Below are positions 1 to 11,100 of a stretch of DNA of 64,000 nucleotides, one piece after another; the first letter of the stretch is position 1; the number at the start of each line of letters is the position of its first letter. The notes beneath the pieces are model-generated. The model was not told the DNA's origin. It saw only the letters and a list, made by a program, of their open reading frames with translations, and did not search any database. The translations under genes and the position numbers were made by a program. The stretch lies in NCBI GenBank assembly GCA_000388065.2, contig KB932204.1, one strand, 5' to 3'. This DNA is from Fonticula alba ATCC 38817. Lineage: Eukaryota > Protista > Nucleariida.

Positions 1-78
1 CTTTGAATGGCTCGCGCCCCGCCCCCCCCCCTTCCCCATACACTCCAAACTGCTATCGAAAACCCCGAAGGGATACGT

Positions 79-165
79 ATGGACCCCACTTCGATGGATG
101 CCCTGGCGCAGGCCCTTGATGTGAACTTGACCCTGCGGACGCTTCTGCTGCCGATCGATCCTTGA
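79..165 (+). CDS. Probable last exon of a gene entering from upstream (…MDPTSMDALAQALDVNLTLRTLLLPIDP*); weakly LRR-like
   Basis: Open frame from ATG 79 to TGA 163-165, preceded by a C-rich tract and a possible AG acceptor near 69-70. ALAQALDVNLTLRTL resembles RI-type LRR text. Too short to assign. Confidence 0.3.
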   Translation: MDPTSMDALAQALDVNLTLRTLLLPIDP

Positions 166-310
166 GCATGCGGAGTGGAAGACAGGCGAGAACCGGACGC
201 GGCCGGCGCGGTGGCCGTGCCTAGTGCTGGCGGCCACGCGACTCGGCCCTACCACGCCAGCCACGCGCGCAACCATCAAATAGCCGGATGCCTGATGTGC
301 TCCCAAGACC

Positions 311-382
311 GGGGGCTTAGCTCAGTGGTAGAGCACTCGACTCCAGATCGAGCGGTCAGTGGTTCGATCCCTCTAGTCCCCA
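311..382 (+). tRNA. trnW-CCA: tRNA-Trp (CCA)
   Basis: Cloverleaf read directly: acceptor GGGGGCT/AGTCCCC, D-arm GCTC-AGTGGTA-GAGC, anticodon arm CTCGA-CTCCAGA-TCGAG, T-loop TTCGATC (T-stem has one U.U mismatch). T-run follows at 383-391. Confidence 0.95.
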
Positions 383-1337
383 TTTCTTTTTGCTCGCCCC
401 CTCTCCGACAGCAACCCCCGGCATCGGGCCGTGTGCGTGTCTGTCTTCTTCGCCCCCCCCTCCCCCCCCCGCCCTTTTGGTGTCCTGTGTCCGAAGCTGC
501 CCCGCCCATGCCAAGGGCCGGGCCGAGGGAGGAATACACCGGAGTGGCCTTTTGCTACAACCCGGCCGTGTATCAGTTCGATGATGGTGCGTGTGCGGGG
601 CGGCGGGCGGGCGAGGGCAGACACAATCGGTCAGGGGGAACTCCGGGCGAGCGAAAGGGCGAGGCTGCGGGAGGGGAGCGGCCCGAGGAGAAGCACCTTG
701 GCCATGGCAAGCGAGGTTATGCATCTGCCCCCGGCGGGGTGGGGCTGGCGATCGGCCGCATCGGATTCCGGCCTCCCAAAAAGCGGGCCATGCGGATGCA
801 CTTGCGGCGAGCAGGGGAGCCCCCATGGCTCTCTGCGCAGCAATGGTGCCTCTCGCGGGGAGGAGGACCGGAGGCGGGCTTTTTTGGGGTGCCCGACCGG
901 GAGACCATTCGCGTGGGGGTGGGCCCTGGCCATCTCTCGGGCGGCGTCCGGGTCACCCCGAGAGACCGGGCCGGACGAAGCCCCACCCCTGGGAATCCGA
1001 GTCTGGGACCAGGCGAGACGGGCGAGGAGGTGTCGGGCAAGCAGCGCAACGGAGCGCCGGGAGGGGGATATATCGGGGTGGGAATTAAAAAACCAACCAT
1101 TAGCCCGGAATCTGGCGGAGCTCCCTTCGATCTGTTCTCTCCGACTTGCCGGGTGCTGGCCGCTGGGGGCCAGCGAGCTTCGAAAGGGGCCGCCCTGCCT
1201 CGCCGCCTCATTGCCGAGAATGGTCCCGCGCACCCGGAGAATATGGCACTCCCCTGTGAGCGGGTTCGGGGACCGGCAAGAGGAGGGGGGGGGGAAAAAA
1301 ATAAAAGCCCCGGCTGCCAGTGGCAGCACAACCATCA

Positions 1338-1411
1338 GTCCGAATGGTGTAGTCGGTTATCACATTCGCCTCACACGCGAAAGGTCCCCAGTTCGAACCT
1401 GGGTTCGGACA
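1338..1411 (+). tRNA. trnV-CAC: tRNA-Val (CAC), copy 1
   Basis: Acceptor GTCCGAA/TTCGGAC, anticodon arm TTCGC-CTCACAC-GCGAA, T-arm CCCAG-TTCGAAC-CTGGG; downstream TTTGTTTTT. Confidence 0.96.
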
Positions 1412-1529
1412 GTTTGTTTTTGACCGCCTCCTCTCGCTNNNNNNNNNNNNNNNNNNNNNNNNNNNNNNNNNNNNNNNNNNNNNNNNNNNNNNNNNNNNNN
1501 NNNNNNNNCGCGTCAGCAGTCCATCGTCC

Positions 1530-1603
1530 GTCCGGATGGTGTAGTCGGTTATCACATTCGCCTCACACGCGAAAGGTCCCCAGTTCGAACCTGGGTTCGG
1601 ACA
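1530..1603 (+). tRNA. trnV-CAC: tRNA-Val (CAC), copy 2 (A6G variant giving a G.U pair in the acceptor stem)
   Basis: Identical to copy 1 except GTCCGGA at the 5' end. Flanks differ from copy 1; downstream ACATTTT. Confidence 0.95.
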
Positions 1604-2097
1604 CTTACATTTTGCCGCGCTTGCCCGCTGGGGAGCAGGCGGGCCGGCGCACGCCTCTCTCAGGTCTCTCCGGGGCTGCGGAGAAGAGAAAGAGAAGGGG
1701 GGGGGGGGCATGGGGATAGACATTATCACTGGCCAGGTTGTGGAGGTTCGACGTGGCGTAGGGTGGTGATGTGGCGTGCGGGGAATGGAAGGGCAGGCGG
1801 GGCAATGTTGACCGGCGGCGTGCGGGGGGTTCTAGCGCGGTCCGGCTTGCTTTTGGAGCTGGTGGCGCACTTGCCGTGTGTCTCGGCTTCGCGCTCTCTT
1901 TTTTCAGTTGCTCCTCGCCGCAGGGGGGACCCGCAGCTCCCGCTGCTGGCGGTCATCCTTCTCCTCCTGCGGACCCTGGCGCGGGGCGATCTTCTCCACC
2001 GCCGCACATTGTTTGTTTGCGCCTCAAGTGGTAGTGGCGACGCGAGGAACCGTGCATCCTTCGCGGGACCTAGGCATTGTGTCAATGGGCAAAATCT

Positions 2098-2103
2098 TAT
2101 AAA
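2098..2103 (+). promoter_or_regulatory. TATA-like element about 30-35 nt upstream of tRNA-Val copy 3 (similar AT patches upstream of three other tRNAs)
   Basis: TATAAA in a GC-rich context; ATAAAA 1301-1306, AATAAATA 3299-3306 and AAATAG 277-282 lie at equivalent distances from their tRNAs. Confidence 0.45.
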
Positions 2104-2132
2104 CATTCATTGGGCAGGTGCCTTCATCATCC

Positions 2133-2206
2133 GTCCGAATGGTGTAGTCGGTTATCACATTCGCCTCACACGCGAAAGGTCCCCAGTTCGAACCTGGGTT
2201 CGGACA
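2133..2206 (+). tRNA. trnV-CAC: tRNA-Val (CAC), copy 3
   Basis: Identical to copy 1; upstream TATAAA at 2098-2103, downstream CTTTATCTTTT. Confidence 0.96.
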
Positions 2207-3336
2207 CTTTATCTTTTGACCCAGTGTCGGCTCCTTCCTCAACGCGTTCTTCGCCTGTGTGGGGGTGCTCTTTTCTCTCCGCGCCCCCCCACGCCCCCCG
2301 CTGCGGGGGAAAGGCCGGGGCGAGGGCGTGGGTTTTTCTTCCCCCGGACAAGTCGACGCGATGCCGACGGAGGGCGAGATCCGAGGGGGGGGTGGGTGGG
2401 TGGACCAAGAGCCAATGGGCGACTCCCTCCGGTCTGGCTGGAGGGGGGGTGCTGTTGCGCGCGGGGGGGGGGGGGGGGGAACGGGATTGCCCAGTCGGAG
2501 GGTTGGCCTTGGTGGGACCCCCCTCGATCGACCCGGTGGAGGGCTCTCCCGAGCCAGGCAGCAAGAAGGCCAGACGGCGGGCGGGGAGGGGCAGCGCCCT
2601 GTGCAGGGCCCATTTGCACGTTTGTATTCTCTCGCATGGCGCGGCATTCGGCTCGGCTGCTGGTGCATGTGGCCGGGGAGACTCGTTGCCTGCTGTCCAG
2701 GCTGCGGAGGCTTCGCCAGGCGGCCGCGAGCCCCGGTGATCCCCCGGCCAGGGGCCGCCTCCGGGGGGAGGGGGGAGGGGGGAGAGCATGTGGTGCCCTG
2801 TGAGCTGGGGGCATTTTGCCCGGGACAAGCGCCATGTAGGCCGTGCGAGGCAGGCCAAGGCCGATTGACCCATGCCGCTGGCCATTGAGAAGCCCTGGAC
2901 CTGCTGAATGGCATGCGGTTCGTGGCACTATGGCTCCGTGCCCGTTAGGGAGGCGGGAGGGGGAGTAGGATGTGCCGGAGTGCGGGGCTTGTCTGTTGCC
3001 CGGGGGGGGGGGGGGGCCGGCAGGGACGGCACACGAGTCACAGACCGGCACACACTGGCCGGTCGCTGGGCCGAGCCTGCCCGTCTAAGTGCCCGCGAAG
3101 GCAGCAGGGGCCAGCCCTGTTCGGGCGGCGGGCATTTCCCTCCCCCCCTGTGGTCTCGCCTGGATCTGCCCTGGATGGAGCATCATTTCCCGAGGAACAT
3201 GGCCTGGGAATGGCTCCGGCGGGGGAGGGGCCGGGCGAGCTGGATCCCCGGGCCCAAGGGGAATGCCCCCGCTGCGAGGCGCGGAATGGCGGCGAGAGAA
3301 TAAATACCATCAGGGGGAGGTTCGATTTCACCGCCC

Positions 3337-3410
3337 GTCCGAATGGTGTAGTCGGTTATCACATTCGCCTCACACGCGAAAGGTCCCCAGTTCGAACCTG
3401 GGTTCGGACA
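3337..3410 (+). tRNA. trnV-CAC: tRNA-Val (CAC), copy 4
   Basis: Identical to copy 1; upstream AATAAATA at 3299-3306, downstream CTTTATTTTT. Confidence 0.96.
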
Positions 3411-3411
3411 C

Positions 3412-3421
3412 TTTATTTTTG
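3412..3421 (+). terminator. Pol III oligo-T terminator after tRNA-Val copy 4
   Basis: TTTATTTTT immediately 3' of the discriminator base; comparable T-runs follow every tRNA in the cluster. Confidence 0.7.
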
Positions 3422-3504
3422 TCGGCGTCCCCATTTTTCGCGGCCCCTCGCGCGCGCATCTCCCGGCCCCGCTCTTCTTGTGCATGTGTGGATGTGTGTG
3501 TGTT

Positions 3505-3505
<1 letters not shown>

Positions 3506-3575
<70 letters not shown>
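3506..3575. repeat. Poly-G homopolymer (70 nt)
   Basis: Read directly; length is unreliable in short-read assemblies. Similar poly-C/G tracts border most N gaps. Confidence 0.85.
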
Positions 3576-4283
3576 CGGTTGTCCCTCCTGGCCGGGGGAG
3601 GGACAATGTGGTTTGGCCCCCTGAACGCAGCCATCTTTCTGTCGGGCTTCGGTCACCAACACCTGGTGTTTTTACTTCCTCTTGCCCTCGGTAGTGGGGG
3701 GTTTGGCCGGGCGATTGGGCGCGCGGACCCCGATCCAGCGGCCGGCCGTTCGGATGGCCAGAAGTCCTGAAAAAAGGAGCCAGCCGTCAAGGGAGCCTCT
3801 GGGCGGGTAGTGCCTTTATGGGAGCCTCCTCAAGGACTTCACACCCAGAGGTGGGTCCCACGATGGCGAGATGAAGGCCCGGACATTTGCCCGCGCGGTG
3901 CCCGGTCCTCGGAGGTGTATCTCTCTGGAGGCGATGCGGCGGATGGGGGGTGGGTGCCATCTTCTTGGGGGGCCTGTGTGGCTCGGCTCGCGGGCGGCCT
4001 TTTGCCGGGGCCAGGGCGGAGGGCAGTCATCCAGACAGGCAGCCGCCGGAGGTGCGAGCACGGTCGGAAAGGACAGGACACCAGCCAGTGTGCAGCATTG
4101 AGGTAAACACCCTCGAGGGGGGGGGGCCGGGAGTGGGCAAGGCCGGGCGCCAGCAGGGAAGGGAGGGCGAGCAGGGCTGGCATGGAGAGGGCTGACAAAT
4201 CCTCATGCGGAGGAGCGTGTATTTCCGGGAGCCCACGAGAGGGCCGAGGGCGGGACAGGGAGCCGAGAGGGGGATGCCGGCGG

Positions 4284-7200
4284 CTACTCGCCCTCGATCA
4301 GTTCGAAGTCGTCATCCGACGAGGGGGCGGGCTGGCTGGAGCCGCGGGACCCGGGGCCCGTCGGGGGCGAAGCGAGGAGCGGGCGTGGGAAGAGCAGATC
4401 GCGGGCACGCTGCAGCGTCAGCAGCGGGAGAATGCCCTGGAGGAGTTCCGGCGCCATGCTGACCGCACGACGGCCACTGGGAGCAGGGGAGGACCAGCAG
4501 GGGCGCTCGAGGGGTGTGAGTCCGGGGCCGAGGGCGAGGGACCGGCAGAGAGGCCGAGAGGCAGCGGGAGAGCCGGCACACCAGGCTGGCAAAGGGCGGC
4601 GAGAGGAGGGGAGGCCGGTGGCCGAGGTGCGAGAAGGGAGGGAGGAGGGGGAAAAAAAAAAGGCCACACGCACGTCGAGGTGGCTGCCGACATGGCACCG
4701 CGAGCAACCCCATACAGCAGGGCGAAGCCGTAGGCCAGCTGCTTTTTGGACAACTCGCGCACCACCTGCCGAAGGAGGGCCGCCGTGCTGGACACCCCGC
4801 GAAGGACCAGCCCAGCAGCCGCGCCACTTTCGGCCCCGGCGCCCGGGGTCGAAAGCGAGTAGTCCCCCGGGGCCGGGGCCGAGGGCGACTCGGACAGGGA
4901 CATGGTCGGATCGAAGAACGTGAGCAGGGTCGAGTCCAGCGGCACCAGGCGCAGGATGGTGGCCAGGGAGGAGGGCTTCCGCAGGAGGTCCCGGTAGTGC
5001 AGGGTCTTGCGCTCATTCCGGATGCGAACCTGCAGCGGGTGAATGTGAACATACTGGTAGAAGTAGGGAGCAGAGGGGGAGCCCCTGGCGGTGCCGGGGG
5101 AGCCGGAGGAAGGCTCGCCGGCGCCCGGGGCCCCAGGTCGCGAGGGCGCCTGGCCGGAGGAGGAGGCCGCCGCGGCCGACACCACGGCCGCCAGGACCGG
5201 CGACTCGGCCAGGATGTCCAGCCATGCCTCGAGGCTGGGATCCAAGGGCGAGGTGCTGGCGCTGGAGGAGCCACCCGGGGGGCCGGTGCCCGGTGACCGG
5301 CCGGTATCGACCGACAGCCGCCCGGCCGGGGGGCTCCGGCGTCCAGCCGGCGGATGGGCCCCGCCAGGGGGGTCGTGCGCCTCGCTGAACCCCGGGGTGG
5401 GCGGCGTTGTGGCCGACAGCGACAGGAACATCGACAGCGAGGCCAGGAAGTCCACGGCGTCGGCGTCGATGTACACACTGAGAGGGCGCTGTTGTTTTTT
5501 TTTTGCCCCCCCCCCACGCACAACGTGCACGAGCATCACCGGAGCAAGAGAGGGCGGAAGGTGAAGCAGCCCAAGGGCGAGACCCCGGGGCGGGGCGGAG
5601 AGGGCGACAGGGACATGGGGAGCGAGGTGAGGATATGGCTGCACAGGGGGCAGGAGCCGCGCGCGGGTGCCCGGGCGTCGGATGGCAAGAGGGGGAGGGG
5701 GGGGGGGAGCCCAGCAGGCGGGAAGGTGTGACCATCGCCACGCACCATGAACACTTCCACCCGGCGCTCGGTATTCAGGGGCTCGGTCAGCGGCCGTGGC
5801 CGGACAATGCGGAAGTCCAGCTCGGCCACCGAGCGCAGGGGCTCGCCGGTGGGAGCACCATGGGAGCTGCCCCACGCGGATGGGGGACCGGCCCCGGCCG
5901 GGTCCTCGCCGCCCTGGCCACCGGGACCCATTTGGGGGATGCTCTGGGCCGACTGATCGGATCCGAGGTAGAAAACATGCGGCGTCTGGGTGACCAAGCC
6001 GCCAGACTGGGCGGTGCTCTGCATGCCGATGTTTCCGTAGACGAGGATCTCGTGCAGCACCAGCCGCGCGTGGGACTGCGTGCCGGGCGGGTCGGCCAGC
6101 TCGCCGACCGGCACATCTTCCGGGTCGTAGTCGAGCCAGTCGACCCGCAGGCCGCGGAACCGAACGACCAGCTGCTCATTGACCACGCTGCAGGAGGCCG
6201 GCGTGAGGCCGGCCTGGACAGCCGCATCCGGCGAGCTGAAGGGCGTTGTCGGGGGGAGGGAGCCGCGGGCGCGCAGCCCCGGGCCAGCCGCCGGCCCGGG
6301 GGGATGGAGGCGCCCGGGCAGGCCGGCCGGGTGGGTGTCCTCGACCAGGCTCGAGGCCAGGCGGCTGTAGGGCCCGATGAAGGAGGGGAACTGGAGGCCA
6401 TTGTGGATGCGAAGCTCCAGGGCATCCAGCATGATGATCAGTCGCCGGGTGGGGTACAGCTGCGAGTCATTCCGCGGGACGTGGTTCCCCGGCGGGGAGG
6501 CCACCGCGTGCAGAGGGGCCGGCATGGCTGGCGTCAGCCAGGTCCCAGCGAAGTCCCCCTCGATCACGCCCTCCAGCAGGTCGCCCGATGGCCGGAGGAG
6601 ATCCAACCGCGGGGACACATGCGCCATGGGGGTGGCAGCCTCCGAGCCGGCGGCGGAGGCACCGGGCCCGGGGGAGGTCGCCGGGCCGGGCTCCGGGCCG
6701 CGGCCCGGCGCATCGGCCTTGCCATTGCTGCCGCCCTCTTCGCCGAAGTAGTAGTCCATGACGAACATGGCCAACTGCATGGTGTCAGCCGAGAGGTCGA
6801 AGCGAAGCTGGCCAAAGTCCACCTCCATGTTCTTCTGCGTGATGCCGGCCGGGTGAGTCTGCTCGGAGGCCGGGGCCGGAGAAGGGCAGCACAGCCGGCG
6901 CAAGTGCCCCCCATGGGGTGCCACATTCCGCCGGGAAGGGGGCACCGGCACGCGGGGGATCGGGAAATGGACGTCCGTCAGTTGGGGGCAATGGGGCAAT
7001 GGGGAGGGGGGGGGGGGGGGAGACGGGCCGGGGCCCATGCCCGCCGGTGCACATGCGCAGGCATGTGCACGTACCACCGAATAGGAGCCATAGCTGACCG
7101 ATGCCACGCGGCTGAGGTTCTGTCCCAGCAGGTAGTCCGACACGGCGCCGGTCGGGTTCGTCGGGATCCGGGTCCACTTCCGGCCATTCTTGAAGAGTTC

Positions 7201-8104
7201 CTCCACAAGCCGGCGCCAAAAGCGCTCAACATGGCGCGGCGACAGGAGCGGCTCCAGCAGGGAGGGCGGCTGGTACAGGGGCCAGGCGGCTTCCGGATGC
7301 TCGGAGTAGGCCAGCCGGTCGAAGGGCAGGTCGGCCCCGGCGGAGGCAACATGGCTGTGGAGCAGGCGCCAGTGGGGGATGGCAAAGAGCTCGGCCCCGG
7401 CCGGGGCCGAGATGCACAGCGAAAATGTGGGCTGCTGGTGATCCGCAGGCCAGGCCCCGGGGGTGGAGGCCCCGCCGGGGCCGCCGGCGCTCGGGGGGAT
7501 GGCCATCACCGGGGTGGTGGATGCCGGGCCACCCCCGGCGGGCCCGGGGGAAACGGGCCGGCCCCCGGGCGAGACACTCGGATCGGCCGGGCTGCCGAAG
7601 TCCTGGTGCAGCACCACCGCCGGGTGGGGGAAGCACGCCTGGCGAATGGACGGCTCCCCGAGGGAGGAGATGTCCACCAGCAGGCCATTGTAAAGGTGCC
7701 CCGAGAGGGTGTCATTGGAGTTCTGCCCCGGGCGCAGCAGGCCGCCGATGCTGTACCCGGCGGCAGGGGTGGGGTCGAATTTGTCCGGACCCCCGACATG
7801 GTGGCCGCCATGGCCGGCGGTCGATCCGGGCCCGGTCACCGGCCCGGCCTTGCCATCCCCGTGGCCCGCCTGTGTCCGGCCATAGCCCGAGGATATCGGC
7901 GGGCAGAGAGCCACCACAAAGGGAGCCGAGCAGGGGGTGGCCATGATCAGGAAGTCCGAGAAACGGAGCTTCAGCTGAGTCACCACCGATGGCCGGGTGC
8001 GCGGGCAAAGGAGCGAGAAGGGCCGAGGGCACATGCAGGACAAGCGTGTCAGTGGCGCATCGCCTGCCAGAGGGGCGCCCGGGCAAAGAAGGCAAACAAC
8101 CACG

Positions 8105-8162
<58 letters not shown>

Positions 8163-11100
8163 NNNNNNNNNNNNNNNNNNNNNNNNNNNNNNNNNNNNNN
8201 NNNNNNNNNNNNCCCCCCCCGGCCCCTCCCCGGCAAAAGTCCCCCGCAAAAGGCCAACTGCCCGGCCGGAGGGCAAGCACCCAAAAGGAACGAGGGGACG
8301 CACATCGAAGGCAGTTTCGCCGGCCAGCGGCGAGTAGCCCCGGCAGAAGGGCCCGCCCCCGTGGAAGCCATCGGACACGGTGCCGAAAGTGCTGATGGCT
8401 CGTCCGATCGGAGCAAAGAGGTCTTCCGGCGGCAGGCGCAGCACCACCGGCTTGATGTAGACAAAGAAGCGCCGGGCCCCGGACACCGTGGACACATTCC
8501 AGGCAGGGCGCCCGGCGGGTCCGCCGGGCGAAGGGAGCTCCCCGGTGACCGGGGTGGCCGACTCCACCAGGTGGTAGGTCAGCCGCGCGTCGATCAGCGG
8601 CGAGAGGTTGAACATCTCGGACAGCTGGGCCGCCGAGGCGCTCGGCACGGTGGTGCTCAACTCGGCCACCGGTCGAGCCAAGTGACTGGAGATGAGCGAG
8701 GGCGACAGGGCCCGATAGAGAAGGCAATAGGCCTGGGCCCGGGCGGTCGGATGGGTGGGCAGGGCGGCCAGCGTTTCCGGGGAGAGGGACGCCGTCCGGA
8801 GCCCCGGGGCCCCGGTGCTCAGGATGTTGACAAATGCATGGCCGATGGTCAGGTGTGCTTGGTTGACGCCCGGGCTCCCGCGAACGCCATTGATGCGAAT
8901 GACCCGGAAGCGCCCGAGGACAATGTGCAGCGTCTCGGCCGGCGGTTGGCCATACCGGTTGAGCCCCGGGCCGGCGGCCGTCTCCGAGCAGACCCCGCGG
9001 CAAAGGGCCGCGCAAAGGGGCGGCAGGCAGGCCGGCCGCGAGCTCGGGCCCGGGGCCGTGGCGGTGGGGCCGGCATTCCGCGCCGCCGCGCCCGACGGCG
9101 TGTCGAAGGACAACGGAACGTGGATCGACAGGGAGTCCAGGGACACGACGATGACCAAATCATGCAAGCTATTCGAGCCGCCGGCTGGCGGGGCGTTGCC
9201 TCCCTCGGCCGAGGGGCCTGCGAGGCTGGCCTGAAGGCCGGCCGGGCCCGGCTGCAAGCCTATGAGCCGATGCACGAAGGCGCGTGTGTGTATGTGTGTG
9301 TGTGAGAGAGAGGAACGGGGAGAAGGGCGGAGAGGGGGGGGGGGGCACGAAAAAAAGCCCATGCGCGGATACGGGCGCGAGCAAGTGCAAGCGTACCGGC
9401 CTCCTTGGGGCATGGTCGCCAAATGAGCTCGGTCGGGAGGAAGGAGCTCAATTCGTCGTAGCACACGGCGGCCAGGGCCAGGCCGCACACCGGCAACGTG
9501 GGATTCAGCAGGTAGACACTGCTCGGGGTGGGGGACCGGGCCAGGCAGGGGGCCGCTGCCAGGACGCGACACCCGACGGAGCTGTCCCCAAAAGCCAGCT
9601 CCAAATGCACGCGCGTTCGAGCCAGTGTCGCCAGCGAGGGGGACCCACGTCGAGGGGGGGCAGGCCCGCCGGCGGCGGATTGGCCCGCCTCTGTGCCGGG
9701 GACCCCGCCCGGGCCCGGGGCGCCTGTGGCCGAGGAGGAGCCACGGAGGTCGGGGCTCCGGCCCGACGGCGAGGCCGAACGCTCCCCGGGCGAGAGCCCG
9801 CTGGAGCCGGGGACGCCGGGGGCAGTCCCGGCGGCTGCCGGGCCACCGGGGCCCGAGTTGGTGGCCAGCCCGCCGGCAGGGTCGCCGAGCTGGACCGGCG
9901 GCACGCGGAAGGCCGTCAGCAGGGCCGGGCGGGAGGCATGTGCCAGGGCCGGATCGGCCACCGGGCCGATGCGCACGCGTGCCTCCAAGCTGCGAGAGTG
10001 GAAGACCGGCGGGAAGGCCGACAGGTCGCTGCCGGCCCGGGCTGGATAGTGCACACCGGGCGCCACAAGGAACACCAAGAAGTCCCCGCAGCCGGCTTCC
10101 AGATACAGGGGACAGGTGGCACGGCCGGCGGCACACCCGGCCCCGGGGGCGGGCACATGGCCGCCCAGGCCGGGCAGATGCGGCCCCCCGGTGGCCGCGT
10201 GGGGACCGGCATGGGGGGCCCCTGCCGAGGAGGGGGCCGGCGCACCGGCGGAGGCATTGGACCCGCCGGTGACGGGGCAGGCCCCCAGCCGGCTGGGCAC
10301 CGGCTCGCAGCAATGCAACCGCCGGCCGAACGCCACGCGCGTTTGGCCCAGGACCAGGAGGATTTGCACATCCGGCCGCAGGTACGGCCGGGGCCGGGGA
10401 TCGGCCCGAGGGCCGGCTGCCTTGTCGGCAGCCACCCGGCGACTGTCCGGAACCGCGATGTTTACATGCACCGGATGCGGCAGGTCCAGCAGGCCGACCA
10501 TCATCCGGCGCTGGGGCGGCTCGGCCGGACTGACCACCGGGGGTTGTGTCCGGGGGGCGGCGGCGGCGCCGCCGCCGCCGCCGGGGGGTGCAGCCTCGTC
10601 GGCCAGCTCCCCCGGTCCCGGGCCCAGCAGGGCCAGGGCCGGGAGCAGGCGATCCGGCAGGAAGGGATCCAAGTCCAAGCTCAGGTGCCCGGGCACCGCG
10701 GCGAAGATGCCCAGCAGCCCATCCGGCAGCGAGGCGTCCCCCTCGGCCGGGGCCAGGCGCTCGCACAGGTCCCGGCCGGCATGCTCCACGGCCAGGGTCA
10801 GCACCTCGGCCGGGGCACCGGCCAGGGTGGACACCCGCGGCTCGATGGCCAGAATGCGGCAGTCAGTGCTCCGGCGTTCGGTGAGCGACATTTCCCCGAG
10901 CAGGGCCAATCGCATGGAGTAAACAAAGTGCCCGTGGGGGTCATCGGGTGTTTGGGGCGGCTCGGGGCCGGTGGCCGGGTCGGCCCCCGGGCCTGGCGCC
11001 GAGGCCCCATCGCCGGCCGGGTCGCCAGGATCCAGGAAGATGGGCGTCCGGATGGTGGCAGCCGTCAGGGTGGGCTGACTGGCGGCCAGGGTCCGCCGAA

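Noticed and set aside
311-382. Possible UGA-reading tRNA-Trp explaining the PDS5 in-frame TGA
   Set aside because: The anticodon is CCA with a normal 5-bp stem, and TGA terminates PDS5, GBF1, FAB1 and NPR3, so there is no support for recoding.
3318-3328. B-box-like GGTTCGATT just upstream of tRNA-Val copy 4
   Set aside because: No pairing T-stem, D-arm or acceptor stem surrounds it; most likely chance.
1338-3410. Four near-identical 74-nt repeats with unique spacers, superficially CRISPR-like
   Set aside because: The repeats fold as complete tRNA-Val cloverleaves, spacers are 118-1130 nt and irregular, there are no cas genes, and the context is eukaryotic.
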